Shown here: one piece after another, positions 17,072-27,504 of the stretch
Layout of the letters: the number at the start of each line of letters is the position of its first letter
Numbering within the stretch: position 1 is the stretch's first letter
NCBI GenBank assembly: GCA_963737655.1
Contig: CAVTTN010000002.1
Location: forward strand, 6,624,001-6,688,000
Direction: 5' to 3'
Source of the DNA: an uncultured Planctomycetota bacterium
Lineage (GTDB): Bacteria; Planctomycetota; Planctomycetia; Isosphaerales; Isosphaeraceae
DNA length: 64,000 bases
The notes under the pieces: generated by a model
The model's database searches: none
What the model saw: the letters and a program-made list of their open reading frames with translations, nothing else
Told to the model about the DNA's origin: nothing
Position numbers and translations under genes: made by a program

Positions 17072-17896
17072 TCACTCGCTCGTGATCGTCTCCGCCGGCC
17101 TGGGGAAGCGTTCCTCGATCCACGCTTGCCACCGCGGTGACTCGCGGGCGACGGTCCCGGCCGCGTGGTCGCCGTAGAGGTAGAGGTTCAGCGCGACCAT
17201 GCTCTGGCCGCCGAAGTGGACGGCTCCCACGGCCGCGACGCCCGGCCCCGGCGTGTCGAGCCTCACCAGGGCGTCGTACGGACTCTCGCTGAGGTACTCC
17301 ACCTCGCCCCCGAGCGCCGGGACGCCCTCGGGCGTCGTCCAGCGCTGCCCGACGCTCGCGCCTTTCAGCCCCAGGGCCGAGGTCAGCGATTCCCAGGCCT
17401 CCGCCTCCGTACCCGGGGCGGAAGCCATCTTCTGCATGATCGCCGAGCGTTCGCCGCGGAAGTGCGTGAGATAGATCCTCAGGGTGCGCAGGAAGGCCGG
17501 CCACCCGGATTCGGTGCCTTCCAGCTGGTGGTCCCATTCGTCCGTGCTGGCGAAATGGCTATGGACGATGCGGACGATGCAGAGGCCCCCGCCGATCGCC
17601 TCGACGGTCCACTCGTTCGCGATGGGCGGCGAGCCGGGGACCCAGCACCCGGACAGCGTCGCCCACTTTCGCGGCGGTTCACAGGCCGTCACCGCGGAGC
17701 GGGACTCCATGCCCGGCCCGAAGCTCAACTTCACCGCGACGGGCTTGCCGTCGCTCTCCTCGATCTCGGCCGGGACGAACCAGGAGGAGATCCCCGGCCC
17801 GGTGGCGATCGCCTGCCAGACTTCCTCCGGAGTGCCGGGGACCTCGACCTCGACCTGGACGGAACGGCGTCCGGAAGCTTCTTTCTTCACGCTCAT
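17072..17896 (-). CDS. SRPBCC/AHSA1-like domain protein
   Basis: EVEVPGTPEEVWQAIATGPGISSWF..GWPAFL; ATG overlaps the stop of the upstream regulator (ATGA). Confidence 0.88.
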   Translation of the reverse strand: MSVKKEASGRRSVQVEVEVPGTPEEVWQAIATGPGISSWFVPAEIEESDGKPVAVKLSFGPGMESRSAVTACEPPRKWATLSGCWVPGSPPIANEWTVEAIGGGLCIVRIVHSHFASTDEWDHQLEGTESGWPAFLRTLRIYLTHFRGERSAIMQKMASAPGTEAEAWESLTSALGLKGASVGQRWTTPEGVPALGGEVEYLSESPYDALVRLDTPGPGVAAVGAVHFGGQSMVALNLYLYGDHAAGTVARESPRWQAWIEERFPRPAETITSE

Positions 17897-18495
17897 GACG
17901 GCTCCTTGGGATCGGATTTCTGCGGTAAAGGGTGCGCCACGATCACCAGGCGATGCACGCGGCCACCGGGGGCAGATTCGTCGTGATATTTCGAAACGAG
18001 CTTCGCGATGGCCTCGGTCAGTTCCTGGCTGAACGCGGCCCGGTCCTCCGCCGACCGGAAGCGGACCTCCGCATCCACCGAGAGGGTCGCCAGGCCCTTG
18101 CCCGCCTCCTTCGCCCGACGAATGAGGTCGCCCACCTCGCGGACGACCCGCGCGCCCAGGGCGATCAGATAGCTCGCGGAGAGCCGGTCGGCTTCCCGCT
18201 TCGGATCGACGGCGACCGGGCCCAGGGCGCCCGGCGAGACGACGTAGGAGGCCGCCGTCGCCACGAGCAGGCGTTCCGTCAGCCCGCCCCACGGACGCTC
18301 CTCGGCCAGCCGCACCAACCCATGAGCCTCCAGAGCATGCAGATGATAGTTGACCTTCTGCCGGGCCAGGCCGACCCTCTTGGCCAACGTCGCGGCCGAA
18401 GCAGGAACGGCCAGCTCGGAGAGCAAACGGCTCCGGATCGGCTCCAGGGCCACCGTCGCCACCGCCGGATCCTCGATGACCTGGATGTCGAGCAT
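17893..18495 (-). CDS. ArsR-like winged HTH transcriptional regulator
   Basis: PIRSRLLSEL..SAATLAKRVGLARQKVNYHLHALE. Confidence 0.9.
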   Translation of the reverse strand: MLDIQVIEDPAVATVALEPIRSRLLSELAVPASAATLAKRVGLARQKVNYHLHALEAHGLVRLAEERPWGGLTERLLVATAASYVVSPGALGPVAVDPKREADRLSASYLIALGARVVREVGDLIRRAKEAGKGLATLSVDAEVRFRSAEDRAAFSQELTEAIAKLVSKYHDESAPGGRVHRLVIVAHPLPQKSDPKEPS

Positions 18496-18501
18496 GAGCC
18501 A

Positions 18502-18531
18502 AGGGTAGCCTTGACAATAAATGTTGTCAAG
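18502..18531 (-). promoter_or_regulatory. Leaderless-type promoter with overlapping palindromic operator
   Basis: Minus strand reads TTGACA-17 nt-TACCCT-6 nt-ATG; palindrome CTTGACAA-N6-TTGTCAAG at 18510-18531. Confidence 0.75.
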
Positions 18532-18810
18532 CTAGAATCGAGGCATTTTTCGCCGAAATCGCGGGACGATGGCGTGCGGCGGGGTCGTGAAGCTCGCGCG
18601 AGTCCTCCGCCTCCGGCCGCCGGTCGGACCGTCGCGTGCAACGGCCCGGCGTGCTTCGGTATGATCGACGGTGAAGCGGGCTCCCGGCCACCGTCCGACC
18701 GACCGACCGGCGTCCCGGTCGGCGGGACGCCGCTCCCATCCGGGCGGAAGCGGGAGTCGTCGAGGATTTCGAGGGCAGCTCCGCGATCTACCCCTGGGAG
18801 GAGGTCGAAG

Positions 18811-19935
18811 ATGGCGTCACCCGGCCCGTTGCGCGAGGAACCCCGAGGGATGACGCTGGCGGACCTCGTGGCGGCGGTCGTGGGGAGTGCGGTGGGCCTG
18901 GCGGTGTTGCGGGGCGTCGGACTGTTCGAGGTCGCCTCGTACCCCGGGAGGGTTCGTGCGGTCGTGATCGGGCTGCGGGTGGGGCTGGTCGGCTCGTTCG
19001 CCCTCTCGACGGTGACCCTGGCCCGCCGCGGGAGGTTCGGCGGGGCGATTCGGCCGACAGACTGGTTGGCGATCCTCCCGGCGACGTTCCTCGTCGAATA
19101 CCTGTTCCCGCCCGGCCTGGACTTCGGGGGCTGGCTGGCCTCGAAGCTCCATGTCCCGTTCGCCGCGATGTCCTGGATCGTGAGGGGAGGCGCCGTCCTG
19201 ATCGCCCTGGTCGCGGCGAGCCTGGCGGCGGCCCTGGTCCGGAGGAAGCGGGGCGGGGCCTTTCCTCTCCTCGTGCTGGCCGTCGGTGTGTCGGCGATCC
19301 ACTGGGCGGCGACGGACCTCGCCTTCTTCGAGGGGTTGAGGCTCTTCCGGCCGGTCGTCGCGTCCCTGTCGCGGATCTTCGATTCTCGCCCCTCGGATTA
19401 CTTCTACAACGAGGCGTTGCTGGCGATGGCGAGGCTCCCCGAGGGCGTGTTCCGCGGGGTGCCCACGGTCGCGACGCTCCTGGCGATCCTCCGGGGTCGA
19501 GGCCGGTCGTGGGCCTGGTCGGACTGGGCCTCGGCGGCGACGGGCCCGGCGACCTGGGCTTCCGTGATCGTCGTGAGTCGCTCGTTCGTCCCGCTAACGA
19601 GCACCGATGGGATCGTTTTCGCGGCCTATGTCGCGACCTCCGCCGCCCTGTCGATGCTGGTCGTCGCCCTCCTCGGGCCGCTCTGGACGCGCCTCTTCGC
19701 CCCGGGACATGATGAGGGACGAACGTCGCCAGCCCCGCCTCTCCGCCTCAGCCCGGCCGATCATGGCCGCACCATGACCCTGGAGGAGTGCGCCGACGCC
19801 GAGGAAGCGGAAGGCTATCGCGATGAGCTCGCCCGGGGGGGCCTCGAAGTGACCGAAGTCCCGGCCGAGAAGGGCCCCGGCTACGGCCGTTACGCGGGGG
19901 AAGCGACCGCCGCCCCGGCCGAGGCGGCGGAGTAA
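18811..19935 (+). CDS. Chimeric multi-TM membrane protein fused in frame to a Uma2 N-terminal fragment and an RpoC-like C-terminal tail
   Basis: Paralog of 20738-21670 (EPRGMTLADL, RSWAWSDWASAATG); continues APPLRLSPADHGRTMTLEE.. then [17 protein letters not shown]. Confidence 0.75.
   Translation: MASPGPLREEPRGMTLADLVAAVVGSAVGLAVLRGVGLFEVASYPGRVRAVVIGLRVGLVGSFALSTVTLARRGRFGGAIRPTDWLAILPATFLVEYLFPPGLDFGGWLASKLHVPFAAMSWIVRGGAVLIALVAASLAAALVRRKRGGAFPLLVLAVGVSAIHWAATDLAFFEGLRLFRPVVASLSRIFDSRPSDYFYNEALLAMARLPEGVFRGVPTVATLLAILRGRGRSWAWSDWASAATGPATWASVIVVSRSFVPLTSTDGIVFAAYVATSAALSMLVVALLGPLWTRLFAPGHDEGRTSPAPPLRLSPADHGRTMTLEECADAEEAEGYRDELARGGLEVTEVPAEKGPGYGRYAGEATAAPAEAAE
19864..19935 (+). repeat. 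Duplicated rpoC 3' end, copy 2
   Basis: 26 bp identical to 15766-15791, then diverged but alignable to the rpoC TAA stop. Confidence 0.92.
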
Positions 19936-20028
19936 TCAGCGGGAGAATTCGGCGATCCGCGAAAGACATCCGGCCGGCGCCCTGGCAAAGCGATGGAGGC
20001 GGGCCGGCATCGTTTTCGTCCGTGGCGG

Positions 20029-20393
20029 TCAGGTGATCTGGGCGACCGTCCACCAAGGCTCGGGCCGATGGGGGAGGCCGGCGGCCTCCTCGTCGTCGCA
20101 GGCGCCCAGGCCGAGCGTGTAGAACCGGACCCATCCCCCGTAGGAGGGGCATCGACCGACGAATCCGGCGCCCTCCCACCCGGATCGGACGAGCGGATTT
20201 TTGACCTCCTCGGGGTCGCCGTGCAACTCCAGCTTGAAATCCATCCACTCGAATCGCCGGCCAGAGCCGGCGGGGGGACAGGCCGGGTCGTCATCGTGGC
20301 CATGAGGGGAAGCCATCGCTTGCAGCCCGCCCTCGCGATAGTATCGGTCGAGCCCTCGAGCTCGGGACGTGACGCCGTCGCCCGTCGGGACAT
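20029..20393 (-). pseudogene. Degenerate paralog of the 6415-6771 Cys-pair protein
   Basis: Shares MASPH, EW.DFKLELHGDPEE and GF.GRCPS; frameshift near 20353; two of the four Cys are lost. Confidence 0.8.
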
Positions 20394-20573
20394 GATGGAC
20401 CCCCGGGGCCCTCGGATGATTCGCTCGGGGACCAGGCCCCTCGCTCCGGGGATTTTCTCCCGAGGACCGGGGACGGGGAAGTCCGCCGTCCCTCGCGGTC
20501 CCGTCGCGATGGAACCGGAGTGGGACCTCCGGTATGTTGAGAATCCGGGTGGAGATGCGTCCGGGGTCGAGCG

Positions 20574-20726
20574 ATGGCGAATCCCATCCAAAACGTCAGG
20601 GACGTCCACGAGCGGACGGCCACGCTCAGCCTCCTGGAACAGGAAGGCTTCCCGGCCTACTTCAACCTGGCCGAGGCGGGAGGCGCGGAGGATTTCGAGG
20701 GCCCGTTCCGCTCTCTGCCCCTGTGA
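20574..20726 (+). pseudogene. Short ORF ending in a DUF5615 C-terminal remnant
   Basis: Ends LAEAGGAEDFEGPFRSLPL*, versus LAELGTPGDFEDPIRYLPL* at the end of 16265-16615. Confidence 0.6.
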
Positions 20727-20737
20727 GGAGGTCGAAG

Positions 20738-21670
20738 ATGTCCGTAGCCAGTCCGGCGTGGGCGGAGCCCCGGGGGATGACCCTGGCGGACCTCGCGGCC
20801 CTGGTCGTGGGGTGCGCGGGGGGGATGGCCACGCTCAAGGTCGCGGGCTACTTCCAGATCGCCTCATTCCCGGCCTCGGCCCGGCCGTTCCTGATCCTCG
20901 TCCAGGCCGGGATGATCGCGGGGGTCGGCCTGACCGCGGTGGCCCTGGCCCGGCGGTGGCGGTACGGGGGCACGGCCCGCCCGACGGAGTGGATGGCGAT
21001 CCTGGCCGCGGATTTCCTCCTCCAACGCCTCGCCCCCACCTTCGGCCGGTACGTCGCGGCGTGGGCCTCGCTCTCGGTTTGGGATTACGAGCCGCTGGCC
21101 TGGCGGGTGGCGGGGATGGCGACCCTGGCCGCGATCGTCGCGGTGGTCCTGGCGGGGATCCTCCGCCGGTGGTCCCCGGGCGCCGTGACGACCCTCCTCC
21201 TGGCCGCGGCCCCGGCCGCCCTCCTCTGGGGGACCGCCCCGGCGGTGTACAACTTCCATGAATCGCTGTTCGGGCCCGTGGGTCGCTGGGTCGAGGGCCT
21301 CGCCGGGGCCCAGCGGAAGGGCCTGGCGTCCGACGTGACCATGGCCCTGGGGCGGCTCCCCCAGGGGATCGTCTACGGCCTGCCGACGGTCGCCTCGCTC
21401 CTGACGATCCTCCGGGGGCGGAGCCGGTCGTGGGCCTGGTCGGACTGGGCCTCGGCCGCCACGGGCCTGCTCGTCTGGTCGGCGTGGGTCGGCACCACCC
21501 ATTCCTGGGGCATCCATTCGACGAACGAAGCGATCGTCTTCGCCGTCTACCTGGCGGTCGTCGGCGGCGTGACGCTCCTGATCGTCCTGCGTCTCGGCCC
21601 GGTCTGGAACCGCCTGTTCCATCCGGGCCAACCTGAGAAACGAACGTCACCAGCCCCGACCGAGGACTGA
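20738..21670 (+). CDS. Hypothetical multi-TM membrane protein
   Basis: GAGGAGG SD, many hydrophobic segments, paralog at 18811. Confidence 0.82.
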   Translation: MSVASPAWAEPRGMTLADLAALVVGCAGGMATLKVAGYFQIASFPASARPFLILVQAGMIAGVGLTAVALARRWRYGGTARPTEWMAILAADFLLQRLAPTFGRYVAAWASLSVWDYEPLAWRVAGMATLAAIVAVVLAGILRRWSPGAVTTLLLAAAPAALLWGTAPAVYNFHESLFGPVGRWVEGLAGAQRKGLASDVTMALGRLPQGIVYGLPTVASLLTILRGRSRSWAWSDWASAATGLLVWSAWVGTTHSWGIHSTNEAIVFAVYLAVVGGVTLLIVLRLGPVWNRLFHPGQPEKRTSPAPTED

Positions 21671-21675
21671 TCCGC

Positions 21676-22302
21676 ATGGCCGCCATCGCCCCGCCTCTCC
21701 GCCTCGGCCCGGCCGATCATGGCCGCACCATGACCCTGGAGGAGTTCCAGGATGCCGAGGAATCCGAGGGATATCGGTATGAGCTGGCCCGAGGAGTCCT
21801 TGAAGTGACGTTCGTGCCCGGCGAGCCCCACGGCCTGATCGTCTGCTGGTTCTATGATGCGATCAGCGAATACCGGAGGCGTCATCCGGGCGTGATCCAT
21901 CGGTATGGAGGCGCCTCGGAATATCGGCTCTGGCTGCCGATCATGGTTTCGGGGCGAAACCCCGACGTGGCTCTGTCGCTGGCGAACACGCCGAGAGATC
22001 TTCGCGGTTCTCGCCCGCCGAGCCTGGCCGTCGAGGTGGTCTCCTCCGGGGATGAAGCCCGGACCCGTGATTATGTCACCAAGCGCGAGGAATACCTGGC
22101 GTTTGGGCTCCGCGAATACTGGATCGTCGATCGGTTCGAGCGCAAAATCACGGTCCTGATCCGCGACGGCGACTCGTGGGTCGAGCGCGTGTTCGTCGAT
22201 GGCCAATCCGCCGAGGGGCTGGTCCTCCCGGGGTTCTCCGTGGCCGTTTCGGAGATCTGGCCGGAAGGCGATGATGAGGACGACCGAGGGGCGGTGTCGT
22301 GA
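21676..22302 (+). CDS. Uma2 family endonuclease
   Basis: YELARGVLEV, NPDVA, LAVEVVS, KREEY and EYWIVD motifs. Confidence 0.92.
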   Translation: MAAIAPPLRLGPADHGRTMTLEEFQDAEESEGYRYELARGVLEVTFVPGEPHGLIVCWFYDAISEYRRRHPGVIHRYGGASEYRLWLPIMVSGRNPDVALSLANTPRDLRGSRPPSLAVEVVSSGDEARTRDYVTKREEYLAFGLREYWIVDRFERKITVLIRDGDSWVERVFVDGQSAEGLVLPGFSVAVSEIWPEGDDEDDRGAVS

Positions 22303-22949
22303 GGCGTCCCGCGACCGCCGATCGGGCTCGATCTCGCTTGATCGCCCTGAATGCCGAGATCCGAGGGTGCCGGGCGTGCCATCTCCGGGGGTTCCTGGAT
22401 GAGGCCGAGTCCGTGCCGATCGTCCGCGACCCCGAGCCGGATGGCCCGGTCCCGCGGATCTTGCTGGTGGGCCAGGCCCCCGGCCTCCGGGCCACGATCA
22501 CCGACCGGCCGTTCGCCGGGATCTCGGGCGAGAAGCTCCGCTCCTGGTTCGAGAAGGGGGGCATCCCTCGCCAGGACTTCTGGAAGACGATCCACTTCGC
22601 CGCCGTGACCCGGTGCTACCCGGGACGACTCCCCGGGGCCCGCGGCGATCGCGTGCCGACCCCGGCCGAACAGGCGATCTGCCGGCCCTGGCTCGAAGAA
22701 ACGATCGCCGTCGTCCGGCCCGAGATCGTCCTGCTCGTCGGCCTCCTGGCGATCCGCACGTTCCTCGGACCCGTGAAGACGCTTTCGAGCGTGGTCGGGA
22801 CCGGGGAGGTCCGCGATGGCGTGAAGTTCCTGCCGCTGCCCCATCCCTCGGGGGTCAGCCGGTGGCTGAATGACCCGGCGAACCTGGAGGCCGTGGATCG
22901 GGCGACGGCGATCCTCCGGGGGTGGGTGGACGCCCTGGAGATCCGGTGA
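22299..22949 (+). CDS. Uracil-DNA glycosylase family protein
   Basis: CRAC, LLVGQAPG, RPFAG.SG, RCYP and LPHPSG motifs. Confidence 0.9.
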   Translation: MRRPATADRARSRLIALNAEIRGCRACHLRGFLDEAESVPIVRDPEPDGPVPRILLVGQAPGLRATITDRPFAGISGEKLRSWFEKGGIPRQDFWKTIHFAAVTRCYPGRLPGARGDRVPTPAEQAICRPWLEETIAVVRPEIVLLVGLLAIRTFLGPVKTLSSVVGTGEVRDGVKFLPLPHPSGVSRWLNDPANLEAVDRATAILRGWVDALEIR

Positions 22950-24131
22950 TCGCCGGCCCGTTTCCTCGGTGTTCCTTGAAGGTCTCGACCAATCGATCCG
23001 TGGCCGCCGTCCAGCGATAGTTGGCGGCGATCTCGCGGCCGGTCTCGGCCCTCCATCGGCGCTCCTCGGGGCGGTCGAGGAGGTTCCGGAGCGTCTGGGC
23101 GATCGCCTCCTCGCTCTCGGGGTCGAAATACCAGCCGGCGTCGCCCGCGACTTCGGGCAGGGCGGTCGAGTTGGCCAGGGCCACGGGGCAGCCCCGGGCC
23201 ATCGCCTCGACGGCGGGGATGCCGAAGCTCTCGCAGAGCGACGGGAAGACCAGGGCGGCGGCCTCCGAATAAATCGCGGCCAGGGAGCGGCCCTGGCGGT
23301 ATCCGGGCGTCTTGACGATCGCCTTCGGGCCGATCTTCGCGGCGGCCGTTCGGAGCGACTCCGCCTCGCTGTCCGAGCCGTCCCCGACGAGGACCACGGC
23401 GAGCGATCCGTCGCGGACCTCCGGCAATCGCCCGGCCGCCCCGAGGAGCTTCGCGAGGTTCTTCCTCGCCTGGAAGTTGGCGACCGAGAGCAGATAGGGC
23501 ATCTCCGGAGCGAGCCCGAGGTCGGTCCTCACGGCCTGGCGCTCGCGATCGGTCGGAGGCTCGAAGAAGAGGTCGTCGGCGCCGTTGGGGACGTGGGCGA
23601 CCTTGTCCCGGCACTCGGGGAACTCGTCCAGGAGCCGGTCGGTGTTGAACTTCGAGACCGAGAGGACCAGGGAGGCCATCGCGAAGGCCCGGGCGAGCTT
23701 TCGCTTGCGACGAGGCCCCCGAATCGTATGTCCTGGAGGACGTCGTGGCTGGTCACCGCCAGCTTCGCCTTCCTCGTGGGGACGGCGTACTCGGCCGGGC
23801 AATAGATCCATTCGGATTGGCCGGCCCAGAGGTCGATCGGCGGCCAGGAGACGAGCCTCCAGGCGCGGAGGGCGTTGCGGGTCGTCAACGGCAGCTCCCG
23901 GCGGGGCAGGGGGTCGAGCCCTTCCCAGAACGCCAGGCCGTCGGGCTGGGAGATCCGTCCGGAAACGGCCCGGAGCGCCACGTCGGGCCGGTTGGCGAGG
24001 TTGCGGAGCTGGGCCAGGGCGTGACGGGTCACTCCCGTGGGGCCTCGGCAGGCGTCCATGTCGTAGAAGAGGGCCACCCGGACCGCCCTCGGATCGCCCC
24101 CTGCCGCCATCGTCTCCGCCTCCTCGGTCAT
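22855..24131 (-). CDS. GT4 family glycosyltransferase (frameshift near 23718)
   Basis: ARKNL and FPSLCESFGIPAVEAMARG motifs; the N-terminal half (..TSHDVLQDIRFGG) joins PRRKRKL if one base is added in the G run. Confidence 0.88.
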
Positions 24132-24379
24132 CGCCCGAAGAACACCCAGCCCAGGCAGACCAGCAACCCCAGCCCGACCCCGATCAGGAGCCACGCGGGC
24201 AGGCGCCTCGGCGAGTCCTCCCGAGAGAGGTACTTGCCGCAATCCGGGCACCTCTCGGCGTCGTGGTAGACCGGCTCGCCGCACCAGGGGCAGGGGTCCG
24301 TCTCGTCGTCCTCGTCGTCCCGGTCCTCGTCGTCGGGGGCTTCGCGATCGTCGAGGTCGTCGTCGGCGTCGTTCCACAT
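24128..24379 (-). CDS. Small zinc-ribbon membrane protein
   Basis: Acidic N-terminus, CPWCG..CPDCG, C-terminal TM helix; stop overlaps the glycosyltransferase start. Confidence 0.82.
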   Translation of the reverse strand: MWNDADDDLDDREAPDDEDRDDEDDETDPCPWCGEPVYHDAERCPDCGKYLSREDSPRRLPAWLLIGVGLGLLVCLGWVFFGR

Positions 24380-24484
24380 CGGCCGGCCCTCCGTCGGCGA
24401 CGATCGTAGAGGAGAGGCCGAGCGGGCGTCAACCGGGCAACTCTTCCGACGGCGACCTGGCGGTTTGCGACGACCAGAGAAAAT

Positions 24485-24512
24485 TTGACTTTTGTATAGG
24501 AGCGGGTAAGCT
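24485..24512 (+). promoter_or_regulatory. Putative sigma70 promoter
   Basis: TTGACT-16 nt-TAAGCT upstream of 24593. Confidence 0.4.
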
Positions 24513-24592
24513 GCGGTGGACGATTCCGCGCCCGGCGAGTCCATGGCTCCAGGTTTTCCTCGCGGGATGCTCTCTTCGAAAGGGTTCGCACC

Positions 24593-27235
24593 ATGCTTCG
24601 TTCTCTGGACTCGAGGAAGAGGGGTCGGGCCCGGAAGACGAGGCCGATGGTCGAGGCCCTGGAAGCGAAGCAGCTGCTCGCGGCGTTCGTCGTGACGACC
24701 GCCGCCGACACCGGCGTCGGCTCGCTCCGCCAGGCGATCTCGGATGCCAATGCCAACCCGGGCTACGACGCGATCACCTTCAACATCCCCGGAGGGGGCG
24801 TCCAGACGATCACGCCGACGACCCCTCTGCCCGACGTGACCGACCCGACGCTGATCGACGCGACCACGCAGCCCGGGTATGCCGGGACCCCGCTGATCCA
24901 GCTCAACGGCGGCAACATCTTCTACAACCTGCCTTACTACCCGCCGAATTATCCGATCCCCAACGTCAACGGCCTGACGCTCGCCGGCGGGGAGAGCACG
25001 GTCAAGGGCCTGGACATCAACCGCTTCTCCGGCTACGGGATCGGCCTCTCGGGCGACGGCAACACGATCTCCGGGGACTTCATCGGCACCGACCCGACCG
25101 GCACCCGGTCCCAGGGCAACTCCAACGGCGGGATTTACTCGGAGACCCGGGAGAACCAGATCGGCGGCTCGGGCGCCGCCAACCGCAACCTGATCTCGGG
25201 CAACGGCGGGTACGGGATCACCCTGGCCTCGGCCGGCAACCTGCCGACGAACAACCGGGTCCAGGGCAACTTCATCGGCACCGACGTGACCGGCTCGAAC
25301 GACCTGGGCAACCTCCAGGGGGGGATCAACGTCCAGTCCTCGGGCAACCTGATCGGAGGGCAGGCGGCGGTCCTGGCCAACACGATCGCGTTCAACGGCG
25401 GGGCGGGCGTCCAGGTCGGCTATTACGGCTACCAGCAGAACGTCAACGGCAACGCGATCCTCGGCAACTCGATCTATCAGAACATCGGGCTGGGGATCGA
25501 CATCGGGTACACGGGCGTCTCGAACTACAATTACGGCAGCTACAGCCCGAACCGCGGGATCAACTTCCCGACCCTGGCCTCGGCCTACCCCGTCAGCGGG
25601 GGGACGGCCGTCGAGGGCACGTATTCGGGCATCCCCGACAGCTTCTACCGGATCGAGTTCTTCGCCAACCAGGCGCCCGACCCCTCGGGCTACGGCCAGG
25701 GCCAGACGTTCCTGGGATCGACGTCCGTCCTGACCGACGACTCGGGCAACGCCGAGATCTTCACGACGCTGACCAACCGCGTCCCGGCCGGCGAGTACCT
25801 CACGGCCACGGCCACCGACTCGCTGAACGACACCTCGGAGTTCTCCAAGGCGATCCCCATCTCCTCGACGGCCAAGGCCGACGTCTCGGTCGCCTTCACC
25901 AGCCCGGGGACGCCGTTGACCCTCGGCAGCGATCTGGTCTACGTCCTGAGCGTGAGCAACTCCGGCCCGAGCCGGGCCACCAACGTGACGCTGACCGACC
26001 CGCTCCCCTCGGGCGTCTCGTTCGTGTCGGCCAACCCGACCCAGGGCACCGCCGACGTGTCCAACGGGACCGTCACGGTGAACTTCGGGACGCTCGACAG
26101 CGGGAGCACGGCCGGCCTGGTCCTGGTCGTCCATCCCACGGTCGTGGCGCCGATCACCAACACGGTGACGGTCAAGGCCGACCAGCCCGACCCGATGCCG
26201 GCCAACAACTCCGCCTCTCAGACCGTGGTGACGGTCCCCGTCCCGCCGACGGACCTCTCGGTCCTGGTCACGGCCGCCCCCCCGGCGGTGGCCCTGGGCC
26301 AGGATCTCACCTACGTCGTCGAGGTCGCGAACTTCGGCCCCTCGCCGGCCTCGGGGGTGACGGTCACGGACAACCTCCCCTCCGCCGCCTCGGTCCTCTC
26401 CTCCAAGAGCACCCAGGGCACCACGTCCATCTCCAACGGGGTGCTCACGGCGAACCTCGGCATCCTGCCGGTCGGCTCCACCGCGCTGATCACCATCGTG
26501 CTCCAGCCCGGGGCCATCGGCCTGGCGGTCAGCCAGGCGACCGTCACCTCCGACCAGGCCGACGACAACATCGTGAACAACGTCTCGGCCCTGAGCACCC
26601 CCGTCGTCGCCAACACCTTGCCTCCCTCGGTCCTCGGCCAGACGCTGAAGGTCTCCGGCCAGTCGATCACCGCCGTCGTCCTGAGCTTCGACAAGGACAT
26701 GAACGCGACGATGGCCGGCAACCTGGCGAACTACGCGATCCAGGACCTCGGCAACAAGAAGACGCCGAACTCCAGCGGCCCGGCCGTCTCCCTGGCCTCC
26801 GCCACGTATGACCCGGTCACCCGGAGCGTCACGCTCGTCCCCTCGTCCCCCCTGGCCGTCGGCCGGTTCTACCAGTTGACCGTGAACGGCCCCGGCGCCC
26901 CGGGGATCACCGACAACGGCGGCATCCCCCTGGACGGCGACCGCAACGGCCTGGCGGGCGGCATCTATACCTCGCTGTTCGGCCGGGGGACGCGGACCCA
27001 GCCCACCTCGCTCCAGATCGGCGCGACGGTCCCCCAGCCTCCCCCGAGCGGCTCGGGCTCGTCGAGCTCCTCAAGCTCCTCGACCTCCACGAATTCCTCG
27101 ACCTCCACGACCACCTCCGGCTCCACGACGACCACCAAGACCAGGCACAAGCTCGTCCACCACGACAAGTCCACGACGACGGTCACCCTGACGAAGGCCC
27201 ACGCCCCGAAGCCTCACCATCGGGCCAAAGGCTGA
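24593..27235 (+). CDS. Planctomycete extracellular protein: beta-helix-like region plus two DUF11 domains
   Basis: [11 protein letters not shown] motif, GSLRQAI..AN, GN.IGTD repeats, N.GPS.A..V..TD.LP DUF11 motifs, Ser/Thr-rich then basic tail. Confidence 0.9.
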   Translation: MLRSLDSRKRGRARKTRPMVEALEAKQLLAAFVVTTAADTGVGSLRQAISDANANPGYDAITFNIPGGGVQTITPTTPLPDVTDPTLIDATTQPGYAGTPLIQLNGGNIFYNLPYYPPNYPIPNVNGLTLAGGESTVKGLDINRFSGYGIGLSGDGNTISGDFIGTDPTGTRSQGNSNGGIYSETRENQIGGSGAANRNLISGNGGYGITLASAGNLPTNNRVQGNFIGTDVTGSNDLGNLQGGINVQSSGNLIGGQAAVLANTIAFNGGAGVQVGYYGYQQNVNGNAILGNSIYQNIGLGIDIGYTGVSNYNYGSYSPNRGINFPTLASAYPVSGGTAVEGTYSGIPDSFYRIEFFANQAPDPSGYGQGQTFLGSTSVLTDDSGNAEIFTTLTNRVPAGEYLTATATDSLNDTSEFSKAIPISSTAKADVSVAFTSPGTPLTLGSDLVYVLSVSNSGPSRATNVTLTDPLPSGVSFVSANPTQGTADVSNGTVTVNFGTLDSGSTAGLVLVVHPTVVAPITNTVTVKADQPDPMPANNSASQTVVTVPVPPTDLSVLVTAAPPAVALGQDLTYVVEVANFGPSPASGVTVTDNLPSAASVLSSKSTQGTTSISNGVLTANLGILPVGSTALITIVLQPGAIGLAVSQATVTSDQADDNIVNNVSALSTPVVANTLPPSVLGQTLKVSGQSITAVVLSFDKDMNATMAGNLANYAIQDLGNKKTPNSSGPAVSLASATYDPVTRSVTLVPSSPLAVGRFYQLTVNGPGAPGITDNGGIPLDGDRNGLAGGIYTSLFGRGTRTQPTSLQIGATVPQPPPSGSGSSSSSSSSTSTNSSTSTTTSGSTTTTKTRHKLVHHDKSTTTVTLTKAHAPKPHHRAKG

Positions 27236-27281
27236 GCCCACCGGAATCGCCCGGCCGACGCCTACCGGTCCGTTTCCTTCA

Positions 27282-27504
27282 CGTCTGGCCGTGGAAACGG
27301 GGACTGGCTCCGGGCGTACCCGCCCGGTGCCTGTCCCCCTTTCTGCGGCCAGACACGCGGGACGGGGCAGTGGGCAGTGGGCAGTGGGCAGTGGGCAGTG
27401 GGCAGTGGGCAGTGGGCAGTGGGCAGTGGGCAGTGGGCAGTGGGCAGTGGGCGGTGGGCAGCGGGCAGTGCCTGTCCCCCTTACCGCGGCCAGACACGCG
27501 GGAC
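27282..27504. repeat. Composite repeat: 15 tandem GGGCAGT heptamers between two 37-bp direct repeats
   Basis: Array at 27365-27469; direct repeats at 27327-27363 and 27468-27504 (35/37 identical); an imperfect inverted copy of the flank starts near 27282. Confidence 0.95.

Noticed and set aside
27327..27504. CRISPR array
   Set aside because: Only two 37-bp repeats, the interval is a tandem heptamer, and no cas genes are present.
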